DNA of 64,000 nt. Origin: an uncultured Gammaproteobacteria bacterium (GTDB lineage: Bacteria; Pseudomonadota; Gammaproteobacteria; UBA9214). Location: assembly GCA_963768415.1 (NCBI GenBank), contig CAVYHX010000042.1, positions 118 to 64,117 of the forward strand, given 5' to 3'. Below are positions 1-10,370 of the stretch, piece by piece (the first letter of the stretch is position 1; each line of letters starts with the position of its first letter). The translations under genes were made by a program, and so were the position numbers. The notes under the pieces are model-generated. The model had not been told where the DNA came from. It did not search any database and saw only the letters and a program-made list of their open reading frames with translations.

Positions 1-159
1 GGCATCTACGAGGCCGCTCCCGGATACGGTCTGGAGACGCTTGCCTGGAACGTCCCCGACGCCGCGGGTGACACACGCTACGAGGTGTTCATCGCCGCGG
101 TCACGGGGACGGGAGCGTCGAGCTACCGCTACGTGACGCACCTGGTGGATTGCCCGTGA
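1..159 (+). CDS. 3' end of an unidentified protein (partial, runs off the window start)
   Basis: Open frame 1 from base 1 (GIYEAAPGYGLETLAWNVPDAAGDTRYEVFIAAVTGTGASSYRYVTHLVDCP) to TGA at 157-159, with GC-rich third positions. Confidence 0.45.
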   Translation, partial: GIYEAAPGYGLETLAWNVPDAAGDTRYEVFIAAVTGTGASSYRYVTHLVDCP

Positions 160-419
160 GGAGCAGCCTCCTGCGCGTTCCCTGCGGGGGCGGCCCGGGC
201 GGCGCGCGTTAGGCCCTGACGGCACTCGAGTTCGCGGCACAGCGGTCCGCCGAGCCGCCGCGCTGCGCCGGAGAGCGAGGCGAGGCAGGAGCTGCCAACG
301 ACCGTAACTTGTGCGCCACCAAGGTAGGCGGTCCGGCGCCGGTGTACGGCACGGGGCTTGCTCCACCCCGACGGCATGTGCGCGACTCTGACGGGTCGCG
401 ATGATGGTTGGGAGCAGCC

Positions 420-932
420 TTGTTGGCCAAGCTGAGCAGTGCGACGTTGTGTGGCATGGACGCGTGCCCCGTCGAGGTCGAGGTTGACCTCGCCTCGACG
501 GGCATGCCCCACTACCGGACGGTGGGCCTCCCGGATGCGACGCTCAGGGAGAGCAAGGAGCGTATCCGTGCGGCGCTCCGCAACATCGGCTTCGCGATTC
601 CGTCGCATCCGCTGACCGTGAACCTCGGCGCCCGCGGAGCTTCCGAAGTCGGGGTCGTCCTTCGAGCTGGCGATTGCGCTTGGCGCGGTGGCGGCGATGG
701 AGAAGTCGGCCGTCGAGCTCGAGGCAGCTCGTGAGTATCTGGTCGTGGGCGAGATTGGTCTCGATGCGCGAACGCGTGGGGTGCGCGGCGCGCTCTCCTA
801 CGCGCTGCTCGCGCGGGCGCTCCGCAAGCGGCTCCTGATCTCGAAGCAGAACGCTCCGGAGGCCGCGATTGTGAGCGGCATCGAGGTCTTGGCGTGCCGA
901 GCCTCATCGACGCCGTCGAGCTGCTCGCCGGC
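420..932 (+). CDS. comM: YifB/ComM Mg-chelatase-like AAA+ ATPase, N-terminal part only (frameshifted, truncated at a junction)
   Basis: VEVEVDL..G.P....VGLPD..LRESKERIRAALRN.GF..P...LTVNL, then GEIGLD...RGVRGAL and NAPEAA, spread over three frames. The AAA+ core is missing. Confidence 0.8.
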
Positions 933-1171
933 ACCCTTGCGCTGCAACGCCGCCCAAACGCCTTCGTTCACCAGCCCGGTCGCATCGCGAAAAAGCACTA
1001 CGGAGTTGCCGACATGGAAATGATCGCCATGCGGCGCCGGCATGGTGATCGTGACCTCACCGTCATCGCCTTCCGGAACGCCGTTCGGCGCCGCTGCATA
1101 GGCCTGCATGATTGTCAGCGCCTTGAGTTGAAGTTTATTAAGCTTGAGAGGATTTCATCCTTGGGAGGCAT
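933..1171 (-). CDS. Conserved hypothetical protein, Alphaproteobacteria-like (frameshifted, 3' truncated)
   Basis: Reconstructed MPPK.NPLKLNKLQLKALTIMQAYAAAPNG...MPAPHGDHFHVG..V...DATGLVNEGVWAALQRKG. It runs tail-to-tail into the comM fragment with no stop of its own. Confidence 0.55.
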
Positions 1172-1355
1172 TGATATTACTCATAGTTTCGCCCACAAGC
1201 GGGGCATTCTTCACGCGAAATTGACGGTTGAACCTGCAGTGGGGTTTTCCCCAACGACCGTCAATCAGCTAAATTGGCATGAATTGGGCGGGTCATCTAC
1301 CGATTTGCACGGGCGGGGCAGCTCTGCACACATCAGACGGAAAAGGACATCATGC

Positions 1356-2105
1356 ATGTCACGCCATCAGCCAGTAAGATCACTCCTCGCCGCCATTGCC
1401 GCGCCGCTCGCGCTTGCTGCCTGTGGCAGTGGATTTCTTCATGCTCAATATCCGATCGCACACCGGATTTCGCCGGACAAGGGGCTCACCCAGTACAATG
1501 ACCCATTGTTGAATAACGCCGTCCAGAACCGGGTGTCCTATCTTGGGGCGTTCGAGCATGTCGATTACGTGCGGCTGGAAAGCAGCGATGTGGTGCTCGA
1601 ATCCGTCTATGACGTCGCCACCAGCGTCAAGACCGTACTCGACTACACCTATACGATGGTGCGCATGACGGACACGTGGAACCTGAACAACGGCAAGGCG
1701 AAAAGCTGGGGGCAAACCTGAAACGCTGCGGGCATGGCACGGCGCTGTCGACTATCGGCCCTACACGCTGATCGCCGAGAACCGGCGCTGTGTCGCGTTT
1801 GAATTGGAATGGGCATTCCAGCCGGTCCATACCGTGATGGGCCGTCCCGCCCGCGTTTATTTCGGCTATGTCTGCGCAAAACCGGGCAAGACGGTTTCGA
1901 CCCAGGCGCTCGTCAAGATTGTCGCAAGCGTTCGCTTGAGCGGAGAATCCCCCGAAGCACGGCGCCAAATGATGGGCGAGGCAGTGTCGATCCCGCCGCG
2001 ATTTCCGAAGCGAAAGGCGCGCCGGGCGGCGCAACGGGCAACGCCGAGTTCCCCTTCAATTTCGGCACCGTTTATCAGGAAGGCGACAACGAGCGCAGTA
2101 CTTGA
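1356..2105 (+). CDS. Hypothetical lipoprotein (frameshifted)
   Basis: Signal peptide with lipobox LALAAC. The reading continues across frames (1356-~1715, ~1716-~1990, ~1991-2105) and ends NAEFPFNFGTVYQEGDNERST. Confidence 0.55.
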
Positions 2106-2180
2106 TGGCCTTCCTTTGACCTGAATGGCGTCATACCCTAAATCCTGACGAACCCATCAGGCAGCGAGAGGACAGGAGCC

Positions 2181-3112
2181 ATGGCCCCCGACGCATCGGC
2201 AAACGCACCCGGCAGCGAGGCGTTGGCGAAAATCAAGGCAATCGTCGGCGATCGTGGCTGGACGGATGCGCCCGGCGACCTGGAACCCTGGCTGACCGAC
2301 CGGCGTGGCCACTACACCGGCAAGTGCGCACTGATGGTCCGGCCCGCCAGCACCGAGGAAGTCTCCACGGTCGTCGCCGTCTGCGACGAGCACGGCGTCG
2401 CCGTGGTGCCGCAGGGCGGCAACACCGGCCTGTGCGCGGCGGCGCCGCCGGATGCCAGCGGCGACGAGGTCGTGCTCAGTCTCGGCCGCATGAACCGGAT
2501 CCGCAATCTCGACCCGCTCAACTACACCATCACCGTGGAGGCCGGCTGCATCCTTCAGGAGATGCAGCGAGCCGCCGCCGACGCCGACCGGCTGTTTCCG
2601 CTGAGCCTCGGCGCCGAGGGCTCCTGCCAGATCGGCGGCAACCTCTCGACCAATGCCGGCGGCGTCCACGTGCTGCGCTACGGCAACGCCCGCGACCTGG
2701 TGCTCGGACTGGAAGGTGGTGCTGCCGGACGGGCGCATCTGGAACGGGCTGCGCGCCCTGCGCAAGGACAATACCGGCTATGACCTGAAGCATCTGTTCG
2801 TCGGCGGCCGAAGGGCACGCTCGGCATCATTACCGCGGCCGTGCCTGAAGCTGTTCCCGCGGCCGAAGGACGTGCAGACCTGCTTTCGGCCGTCCGCGAT
2901 GTCGACGCGGTGCTCGAACTTCTCGCCCGCGCCCGCGAGGCCAGCGGCGACGCGGTTACCAGCTTCGAGATGATCGGACGCTTCGGCGTTCACCTCGCCT
3001 CCACGCATATCGAGGGCGTAACCGACCCGCTGGAGAAACCATACGATCTCTATGCGCTGATCGAATTCTCCGGCGCACGCGCCGACAGCGGCATGGCGGC
3101 CAACATGGAAGC
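2181..3112 (+). CDS. FAD-binding oxidoreductase (D-2-hydroxyacid dehydrogenase / FAD_binding_4 family), frameshifted and truncated
   Basis: [71 protein letters not shown]. Stops abruptly at the adapter-like sequence. Confidence 0.85.
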
Positions 3113-3138
3113 CTTCCCCTGATTCAATACGTATTGCT
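3113..3138 (+). other. Oxford Nanopore ligation-adapter remnant marking a chimeric junction
   Basis: CTTCCCCTGATTCAATACGTATTGCT resembles the ONT adapter 3' end ...CCTGTACTTCGTTCAGTTACGTATTGCT (last 11 nt identical). It lies exactly between two truncated, convergent genes. Confidence 0.8.
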
Positions 3139-3574
3139 CCAGCGCCGGCGCCGCGAAGCGGAATACCTGCCAGAACGGAAAATTCCATGGCATGATCGCC
3201 AGCACCGCCCCGAGTGGCTCCCAGCTGACCAGACTGCGCCCGGCATCGGAGGCAATTATTTCATCGGCCATGAACCCCGGGCCTTCCTGCGCGTAGTATT
3301 CACACACCCAGGCACATTTCTCGATCTCGGCGCGTGCCTCGCTGACAGGCTTGCCCATCTCGAGCGTTATGATGCGGGCAAGTTCCTCACTGCGGCTGCG
3401 GATCACTGTCGCCACCGTCTCCATCAGGGCCGCGCGCGCCCCGATGGTTTGGCTGCGCCAGGTGACCACCGCCCGCGCGGATTGCGCAAGCGCCTCCTCC
3501 AGCTGGCTGGATGAGAATGCATCAACAAGCTTGAGTGTATTACCATCAGCAGGATTGATGGACTTGATCGTCAT
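3139..3574 (-). CDS. NAD-dependent succinate-semialdehyde dehydrogenase / aldehyde dehydrogenase, N-terminal part only
   Basis: SINPA, LARIITLEMGKP..EARAEIEKCAW.C.YYA, EPLGAVLAIMPWNFPFWQVFRFAAPAL. Truncated at the adapter. Confidence 0.85.
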
Positions 3575-3632
3575 GCCTGGGTCTCCCGTCTGGCGTTACT
3601 GTATCAACAGCTTTTCTCTACTATAGCGGACA

Positions 3633-5582
3633 ATGAAGCCATTGCTGAGAATACTATTATGTATCGCAGGCCTGCTCGCGGCTACGGCCTGTCTTGCCAA
3701 ACTCGACCCGCTGGAGCCGCAACGCAAGCTGTTCCTGGAGGCGCGTCAGGCCCTGCATGACAACAAGCAGTCGCGCTTCGAAAAACTGGCCGGACAGCTG
3801 GAGGATTACCCGCTCTACCCCTACCTGCAATTCGATCTGCTGCGGACCCGCCTCAACCGGGCCAGGGAACAGGAAATTACCGGCTTCCTCGAAAAATACA
3901 GTGAGCTGCCGCTGAGCCGGCGCTTGCGGATCTCCTGGCTGTATTCGCTGGCACGCAACCGGAAATGGGAGCTTTTTCTGAAACACTACACGCAGACGTC
4001 GTCCGTCGAACTGCAGTGCTACCGCTTGCAGGCGCGATTGCAAACTGACAAAAAACAGGATGTGGTCAAGGACGCCCTGAAACTGTGGCTGGTCGGCAAG
4101 TCACAGCCCGGGGCCTGTGACCCGGTGTTCGAATTTCTCGACAAGAATGGACATATTAGCAATGTGTTGCGCTGGGAACGCATTCGCCTGGCCATGCAGA
4201 ACAATCAAACCAGCCTGGCCGATTTTCTCTCCAGGGACCTGCCGGCCGCAGACCGGGCCCTGGTCAGTCTATGGCGCGCGGCGCATAGCCAGCCGGCAAA
4301 AACACTCGATGACCCGGCCCTGGAAGGGGACACACCCATGACGCGGGAAATTATTCTGCATGCCATCGCCCGCATTGCCCGCGCAGATGCCGCACAGGCG
4401 CATGCCAGGTGGCAGTCACTGAAGCCTGGCTACCACTTCACGCAGGCTGACATCGGCCAGATGGATAAAAAGATTGCGCTGTCCGCCGCCTGGTCAAGAG
4501 ATCCGCAAGCGCATGACTGGCTGTCGGCAGTGCCGGCGGATGCCGTCGACAGGAAGGTACGCGAGTGGCGTACCCGCAGTGCGATCAGCGTGGCTAACTG
4601 GGCGGCGGTGCTGGAACACATCAACGGCATGACAGCGGAAGATGCGTGGACCGAGGAATGGCGCTACTGGCAGGCCGTGGCGCAGGAAAACACCGACCAG
4701 CGCCTGAAGGCCATGGACGGTTTTGCATTGCTGGCGAAAGAACGTGACTACCACGGATTTCTCGCTGCGGACTACCTGCGCTGGCCCTATGTAATGGGCA
4801 ACAAGCCACTGGATACTGATCCGGAGCTGCTTGCGTCGATTGCCGCGCGCCCGGCCTTTGTCCGCGCCCGTGAACTCTACCTGGCCAGACTGACCACCGA
4901 TTCCCGGCGTGAATGGGCCCAGGCCATCGAGGATCTGTCAAATGCGGAGATCAAGGCCGCTGCAGCGCTCGCCCGGGAATGGGGCTGGAATGACCGCGCG
5001 ATCCTCACGGTCGCACGCAGCCGCGATTTCAGTGATCTGGTCCTGCGCTTTCCAGTGGAGCATGAAGAAACGGTACGCCGCTATGCCGAAAGCAATCAGC
5101 TCGACCCCGGTCACGTCTTTGCGGTCATCCGCCAGGAAAGCGCATTCAATACCGAGGCACGCTCGTCGGCCGGTGCCCTGGGCCTGATGCAACTGATGCC
5201 GGGGACCGGACGCGTCACGGCGCGCAAGCACCGCATCGCCCTGCCCAGCACCCGCAAATTGCTGGAGGCAGACAAGAATATCCGCATCGGCACGGCATAC
5301 CTGCGCCAGGTCATGGAGCGCTTCGGGGGTAATGCCGTCCTCGCCTCGGCCGCCTATAATGCCGGACCACACCGGGTGCAACGCTGGTTGCCGGAAACTG
5401 AAGCAAAGGACGCGGCCAGATGGATTGCCGATATACCGTTTACCGAGACACGCAAATATGTCCAGCGAGTGCTGACCTATGCGGCCATCTATGACTGGCG
5501 CCTGCAGCGACCCGTAACACCGCTTGCGAAACGCATGCTGAAAGTCATGCCCGCGCAACACTATACGAAAACCGGCAGTTAA
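3633..5582 (+). CDS. slt: Soluble lytic murein transglycosylase Slt70-like
   Basis: 649 aa with signal peptide; YPLYPYL; catalytic motifs IRQESAF, GALGLMQLMP, AYNAGP, IPFTETRKYV. Confidence 0.93.
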   Translation: MKPLLRILLCIAGLLAATACLAKLDPLEPQRKLFLEARQALHDNKQSRFEKLAGQLEDYPLYPYLQFDLLRTRLNRAREQEITGFLEKYSELPLSRRLRISWLYSLARNRKWELFLKHYTQTSSVELQCYRLQARLQTDKKQDVVKDALKLWLVGKSQPGACDPVFEFLDKNGHISNVLRWERIRLAMQNNQTSLADFLSRDLPAADRALVSLWRAAHSQPAKTLDDPALEGDTPMTREIILHAIARIARADAAQAHARWQSLKPGYHFTQADIGQMDKKIALSAAWSRDPQAHDWLSAVPADAVDRKVREWRTRSAISVANWAAVLEHINGMTAEDAWTEEWRYWQAVAQENTDQRLKAMDGFALLAKERDYHGFLAADYLRWPYVMGNKPLDTDPELLASIAARPAFVRARELYLARLTTDSRREWAQAIEDLSNAEIKAAAALAREWGWNDRAILTVARSRDFSDLVLRFPVEHEETVRRYAESNQLDPGHVFAVIRQESAFNTEARSSAGALGLMQLMPGTGRVTARKHRIALPSTRKLLEADKNIRIGTAYLRQVMERFGGNAVLASAAYNAGPHRVQRWLPETEAKDAARWIADIPFTETRKYVQRVLTYAAIYDWRLQRPVTPLAKRMLKVMPAQHYTKTGS

Positions 5583-5638
5583 AAGATTATGCTAGCTGCA
5601 GTTGCGGCACACACAAACAGGATCTTCACGGGATTGAT

Positions 5639-6601
5639 ATGAGCTACAGGAATATCTGCATACTGGGCGGCACCGGCTTCGTCGGTCAGCACCTGGCGAC
5701 ACGCCTGACTCGGCACGGTTACAAGGTGCGCGTACTCACCCGGCATCGCGAGCGCTACCGCGCCCTGATCGTCAATCCGGACATCACGCTGCTGGAAGCC
5801 GATATCCATGATCCCGGGGTATTGCGCACACATTTGGCGGAGTCTGACGCGGCCATCAATCTGGTCGGCATCCTGAACGAGGGCAACAGTGCCGGCGCAG
5901 GTTTCGACAGAATCCACGTCGAGCTGCCGCGAAAAATAATCGATGCCGCCACGGCAGTCGGCATGGAACGCCTGTTGCATATGAGCGCACTCAATGCCGC
6001 TGCCGGTGAAACCCGCAGCCGGTACCTGAAAACCAAGGGCCTGGCCGAGGACCTTGTCCATGCTGCGGCCGCCTCGGGCATGCGCGTGACCAGTTTCCGG
6101 CCTTCCATCATTTTTGGCCCCGGTGACAGCTTCTTCAATCGCTTTGCGACATTGCTCAGATTCTCTCCGCCGGTGTTTCCGCTGGCCTGTCCCGACAGCC
6201 GCTTTGCCCCGGTTTGCGTTACGGATGTAGCCGAGGCCTTCTGCCGCGGACTGGACGACGCTACCGCCGGTGAACGCCTGGAATTGTGCGGACCGGAAAC
6301 CTGGACTCTGAAAGAACTCGTTGAGTACACCCGCGACCAGATCGGTGTAAGGCGCTGCATCGTCGGGCTTGGTGACGGCCTGTCGCAACTGCAGGCGCGG
6401 ATACTGGGCTACGTACCGGGCAAGCCGTTCACCATGGACAACTATTACTCCCTGCAAAAAGACAGTGTCTGCACAACCGACGGCCTGGCATCACTCGGCA
6501 TTTCTCCCGCGCCGATCGCCGCCGTGGTCCCCGGCTACCTGGCGGAACGCCACACCCGTGGCCGCTATCATGAAATGCGGCGCTGGTCGCGGCGTACCTG
6601 A
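5639..6601 (+). CDS. Complex I NDUFA9-family NAD(P)-binding atypical SDR
   Basis: GGTGFVG, AINLVGILNE, HMSAL, YLKTKGLAE, FRPSIIFG. This is the usual gene between slt and cca. Confidence 0.85.
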   Translation: MSYRNICILGGTGFVGQHLATRLTRHGYKVRVLTRHRERYRALIVNPDITLLEADIHDPGVLRTHLAESDAAINLVGILNEGNSAGAGFDRIHVELPRKIIDAATAVGMERLLHMSALNAAAGETRSRYLKTKGLAEDLVHAAAASGMRVTSFRPSIIFGPGDSFFNRFATLLRFSPPVFPLACPDSRFAPVCVTDVAEAFCRGLDDATAGERLELCGPETWTLKELVEYTRDQIGVRRCIVGLGDGLSQLQARILGYVPGKPFTMDNYYSLQKDSVCTTDGLASLGISPAPIAAVVPGYLAERHTRGRYHEMRRWSRRT

Positions 6602-6623
6602 ATAACACAGCGCACACAGGGTC

Positions 6624-7785
6624 ATGGATATCTACCTGGTCGGCGGTGCGGTACGCGACAGGCAACTCGGCCTGCCCGTCAGGGAGCGTGACTGGGTGGT
6701 CGTCGGCGCCACACCCGAAGAACTGCTGGATCTCGGGTACACGCCGGTGGGCAAGGATTTCCCGGTATTCCTGCATCCCGAGACGAAGGAAGAATACGCC
6801 CTCGCGCGCACGGAACGTAAAACCGGACCGGGCTATACCGGTTTCGATACCTGCGCCGCACCCGGCATCACCCTTGAAGAGGATCTGCTGCGCCGTGACC
6901 TGACCATCAACGCCATGGCCGAAACGCCGGCAGGCGACCTGGTCGATCCCTATGGCGGCAAGGCAGACCTGGATAACGGCGTGCTGCGACATGTGTCGCC
7001 GGCCTTTTCCGAAGACCCGGTCAGGATACTGCGGATCGCGCGATTTGCGGCACGCTTCGCCCGTTATGGCTTTCATGTCGCGCACAGCACCAATGCATTG
7101 ATGCGGCAGATGGTTGCCAGCGGCGAAGTCGATCACCTGGTGCCCGAGCGCGTCTGGTCCGAACTGGTCAAGGCACTGGAAGCGGAAACGCCCGTGCGTT
7201 TCTTTGACGTCCTGGCGGGCTGCGGCGCATTAACGCAGCTGTTTCCCGAGTTACCGATGCCTGCTGACACGGCCGGGACCGCCACACACGGACATGACGG
7301 GATTGCCCTGCCCGCCCTGCAGCAGGCCGTGACACTCAGCGACAAAACCACGATCCGGTTCGCGGCCCTGGTCTGCGATATGGATAACCGCCATTCCCCG
7401 GGGCTCGATAGACGCACAACTCGCCGCCTTTTGCGTACGCCACCGTACACCGAATGCGTACCGGGAACTGGCCGAGCATGCCTTGCGCTACCGCAACAGC
7501 GTGCACGACGCGGCCAATCTGTCCGCAACGGATTTACTCGACCTGCTGGGTGCGCTGGATGCATTCCGGCGCGAGCAGCGCTTGCTTGACTTCCTGTGCG
7601 TGTGCGAAGCCGATGCGCGCAGCAGAAAACCGGACCTGCAGAGCTATTCGGCTGCAGCGTTATTGCGCCAGGCCCGGCAGGCTGCTGCCGGAGTAACAGT
7701 GGATGTACCGAAAGGTGTATCCGGAAAGGAAGTGGGCGAACGCATACGCAGCCTGCGCATCGAGGCCATACAGAACATGCGCTGA
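6624..7785 (+). CDS. cca: CCA-adding tRNA nucleotidyltransferase (one frameshift near 7410)
   Basis: [60 protein letters not shown]. The C-terminus (CEADARSR...[12 protein letters not shown]) is in the next frame. Confidence 0.93.
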
Positions 7786-7809
7786 TCGCGGAACTGGCCT
7801 GTCACACCC

Positions 7810-8607
7810 TCAGTAATACAGCAGCACCAGCACGATACCCAGCAGCAGCCGGTAAATAACGAACGGCAGCATGCCCACGCGCTCGATCAGGCGCATGAAG
7901 AACATGATGCAGAGGTAGGCACTGACCGCGGCGACCAGCGTGCCGAGCAGCAATACCTCCCACTCAACCGGTGCGGCATGCTGAAACAGCTTGAGCGACT
8001 CGAGACTGCCGGCCAGCAAGATCACCGGGATTGACAGTAAAAAGGAAAAGCGGGCAGCTGCGGACCGGGTCAGACCCAGCGCCAGTGCGGCCGTCATGGT
8101 AATACCGGAGCGCGAGGTCCCGGGGATCAGGGCGAGTACCTGGGCCAGCCCGATCCAGACGACATCTGTCACGCTCAGCGTCGCTTCACTGCGGGTGTGT
8201 CGTCCGCGCATGTCGGCCCAGCCCAGCAGCAGGCCAAAGCCGATGGTCGTCGCCGCAATGACCAGCGGCAAACGCAGGGTAGACTCGACGGTATCGCGCA
8301 GTGGTAAACCTGCCACGGCGACCGGCACAGTCCCCAGCAACACCAGCCATGCCAGGCGCGCATCGGCAGACAGTGGCCGACTGTTGAACGATTGCAACCA
8401 CGCGGTCAGCAACCGGTGCAGATCATGCCGGAAATAGGTGACCACGGCACTCAGTGTCCCGACATGCACCGCCACATCAAAGGCCAGACCCTGATCAGGC
8501 CAGCCGGCAAGCCGGGGTAACAATATGAGATGTGCGGAACTCGAGATCGGCAGAAATTCGGTCAGCCCCTGCAACAGGGCCAGCCAGATGGCGTGTAGGT
8601 AATCCAT
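7810..8607 (-). CDS. uppP: Undecaprenyl-diphosphate phosphatase
   Basis: QGLTEFLPISSSAHL, AFDVAVHVGTL, ALIPGTSRSGIT, AARFSFLLSIP, FVIYR. Confidence 0.96.
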   Translation of the reverse strand: MDYLHAIWLALLQGLTEFLPISSSAHLILLPRLAGWPDQGLAFDVAVHVGTLSAVVTYFRHDLHRLLTAWLQSFNSRPLSADARLAWLVLLGTVPVAVAGLPLRDTVESTLRLPLVIAATTIGFGLLLGWADMRGRHTRSEATLSVTDVVWIGLAQVLALIPGTSRSGITMTAALALGLTRSAAARFSFLLSIPVILLAGSLESLKLFQHAAPVEWEVLLLGTLVAAVSAYLCIMFFMRLIERVGMLPFVIYRLLLGIVLVLLYY

Positions 8608-8680
8608 GAGTGGCGGGGATTCTGCACTGCCCGGGGTAATAACTCAACGCACTCAACAATCAAATTCACCCCGCCCCCCC

Positions 8681-8936
8681 GTAGGGCGCAATTGCGCAGC
8701 ATATTGCGCCAGGCGATCAACCTGCACATTAACCTACGTAGGGCGCAATAGCGCAGCGTATTGCGCCGGGCAATCTGGTCGACGTATCACGTCAACAAAT
8801 TATGTCCGGTATGTTCGAGTGAATATACAGCAGGAAAGAAATCACACCCGGGTGGCGAATGCGTCGTTAGCCAGGCATATCCAGGTATGTCCCGTGAGTA
8901 TCATGCGGTGCAATACGCTGCGCTATTGCACCCTAC
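8681..8936. repeat. GTAG-type REP cluster (family A), including an inverted REP doublet
   Basis: GTAGGGCGCAAT(A/T)GCGCAGC(G/A)TATTGCGCC at 8681-8710 (+) and 8738-8767 (+), with an inverted copy at 8907-8936. Each is a GTAG tetranucleotide plus an imperfect palindrome. Confidence 0.85.
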
Positions 8937-8955
8937 ATCACTGATTCCATAGCAT

Positions 8956-8984
8956 GAGATTGCCACGCTACGCTCGCAATGACG
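8956..8984 (-). repeat. CGTC-type REP-like palindrome
   Basis: The minus strand reads CGTCATTGCGAGCGTAGCGTGGCAATCTC, i.e. CGTC followed by an ATTGC...GCAAT hairpin. Confidence 0.6.
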
Positions 8985-9064
8985 GGAATATTTTAATGAA
9001 TCAGAGCTTCCTTGAATAGTGTTTACGGGCATACATCCCTTTTTCGGTTCTGATGCTATCGGCA

Positions 9065-9784
9065 TTATGAGTTGCCGTCTTCCTGGCTCTCCATTTCCCG
9101 CGCCTTGGTGAGCGCCGAGGCCACCAGCCCCGCCGGGACTGAAACGACACAGAGACCAATCACCAGCACCATGAAAGTGAAGCACTTGCCGCCGGCTGTA
9201 ATCGGATAGATATCACCATACCCGACAGTCGCAAGGGTAGCGACTGCCCACCAAAGGCTATGAAAAATAGAGCTGAACTTCTCCGGTTGTGCCGCGTTTT
9301 CAAAGTAGTAGATCCCGACCCCTGCCAGGTAGAGCAGAATTGCCGTAACAGCAAAGAACAGGACAATCTCTTCCCTGGCGATCAGGTAGGCGCGATGAAA
9401 CCGGCGCGTGGCGTCGCCATAGCGGGCGAGTTTCAGTATGCGCACCAGGCGCAACAGGCGAACGGCCCTGATCGAGCGAAGATCCAGCCCTGCCGCAATA
9501 TAAAAAGGCAGGATCGCTGCCAGATCGACCAGACCGAAAAAACTGAAAATGAAGCGCGGTTTATCCGTGGCCACATAAATCCGCAACAAATACTCAAGCG
9601 TAAATATCAAAACCGTGGCCGTTTCGATCTGATCAAGGATACGCTGACTCCTTGCAGACAAATCCGGCAGGGTATCGATCGAGAACGTCACCAGTGAAAG
9701 GATAATCAGTGCCTGAATAGACAGGGCGAATATCCGGCCGGCACGTGTCTCCGTTTTTTCAACGATTTGCTTCAGTGTCGGCAT
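9065..9784 (-). CDS. Ion transporter / 6TM voltage-gated potassium channel
   Basis: S4-like RSIRAVRLLRLVRILKLARY; pore WWAVATLATVGYGDIYP; 239 aa with no cytoplasmic C-terminal domain. Confidence 0.9.
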   Translation of the reverse strand: MPTLKQIVEKTETRAGRIFALSIQALIILSLVTFSIDTLPDLSARSQRILDQIETATVLIFTLEYLLRIYVATDKPRFIFSFFGLVDLAAILPFYIAAGLDLRSIRAVRLLRLVRILKLARYGDATRRFHRAYLIAREEIVLFFAVTAILLYLAGVGIYYFENAAQPEKFSSIFHSLWWAVATLATVGYGDIYPITAGGKCFTFMVLVIGLCVVSVPAGLVASALTKAREMESQEDGNS

Positions 9785-9849
9785 GTCACTAGTCTAGCAT
9801 TCCACCCGATGGCTGCGATAACCGGGACCGGGTCGTTTCACGTAGGCGC

Positions 9850-10350
9850 GTAGGGCGCAATAGCGTAGCGTATTGCGCCGTATGGTGGCATCCATCACAA
9901 CCACACTCACCCCACACTGCCCGTTCGCGCCCGGTTGGCAGGTATCGCAATACCCGGACATGTCCGGGTAGACCCCGGCCTTATCATGCGGCGCAATACG
10001 CTGCGCTATTGCGCCCTACCTGGCTGCAGGATGAATTTTTCAGAGCCGTCCATGCTGGTCCTGCATGCACAAACCGGGTACCGGCTGCCTGACGGTCGCG
10101 TAGTCGCGTAGGGCGCAATAGCGTAGCGTATTGCGCCGTATGGTGGCATCACAACCTGCCTGACGGTCGCGTAGTCGCGTAGGGCGCAATAGCGTAGCGT
10201 ATTGCGCCGTATGGTGGCATCCATCACAACCAGACCCACCCCACACTGCCCGTTCGCGCCCGGTTGGCAGGTGATCGGCAATACCCGGACATGTCCGGGT
10301 AGGTCCCGGCCTTATCATGCGGCGCAATACGCTGCGCTATTGCGCCCTAC
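9850..10350. repeat. REP family A cluster: five REPs forming two near-identical REPIN doublets plus a 71-bp-period tandem duplication
   Basis: REPs at 9850-9879(+), 9990-10019(-), 10108-10137(+), 10179-10208(+) and 10321-10350(-). Perfect 20-bp palindrome TACCCGGACATGTCCGGGTA at 9951-9970 and 10282-10301. 10085-10150 is identical to 10156-10221. Confidence 0.9.
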
Positions 10351-10370
10351 CTGGCTGCAGGATGAATTTT

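Noticed and set aside
1-3138. Foreign-looking genes as a horizontally acquired island
   Set aside because: Genes are cut mid-domain at both junctions, an ONT adapter remnant is present, and there is no integrase or att site, so a chimera explains it better
9850-10350. Regularly recurring 30-bp palindromic repeats that could be a CRISPR array
   Set aside because: Copies occur in both orientations, the spacers are themselves duplicated and of unequal length, each copy starts with GTAG as REPs do, and there are no cas genes
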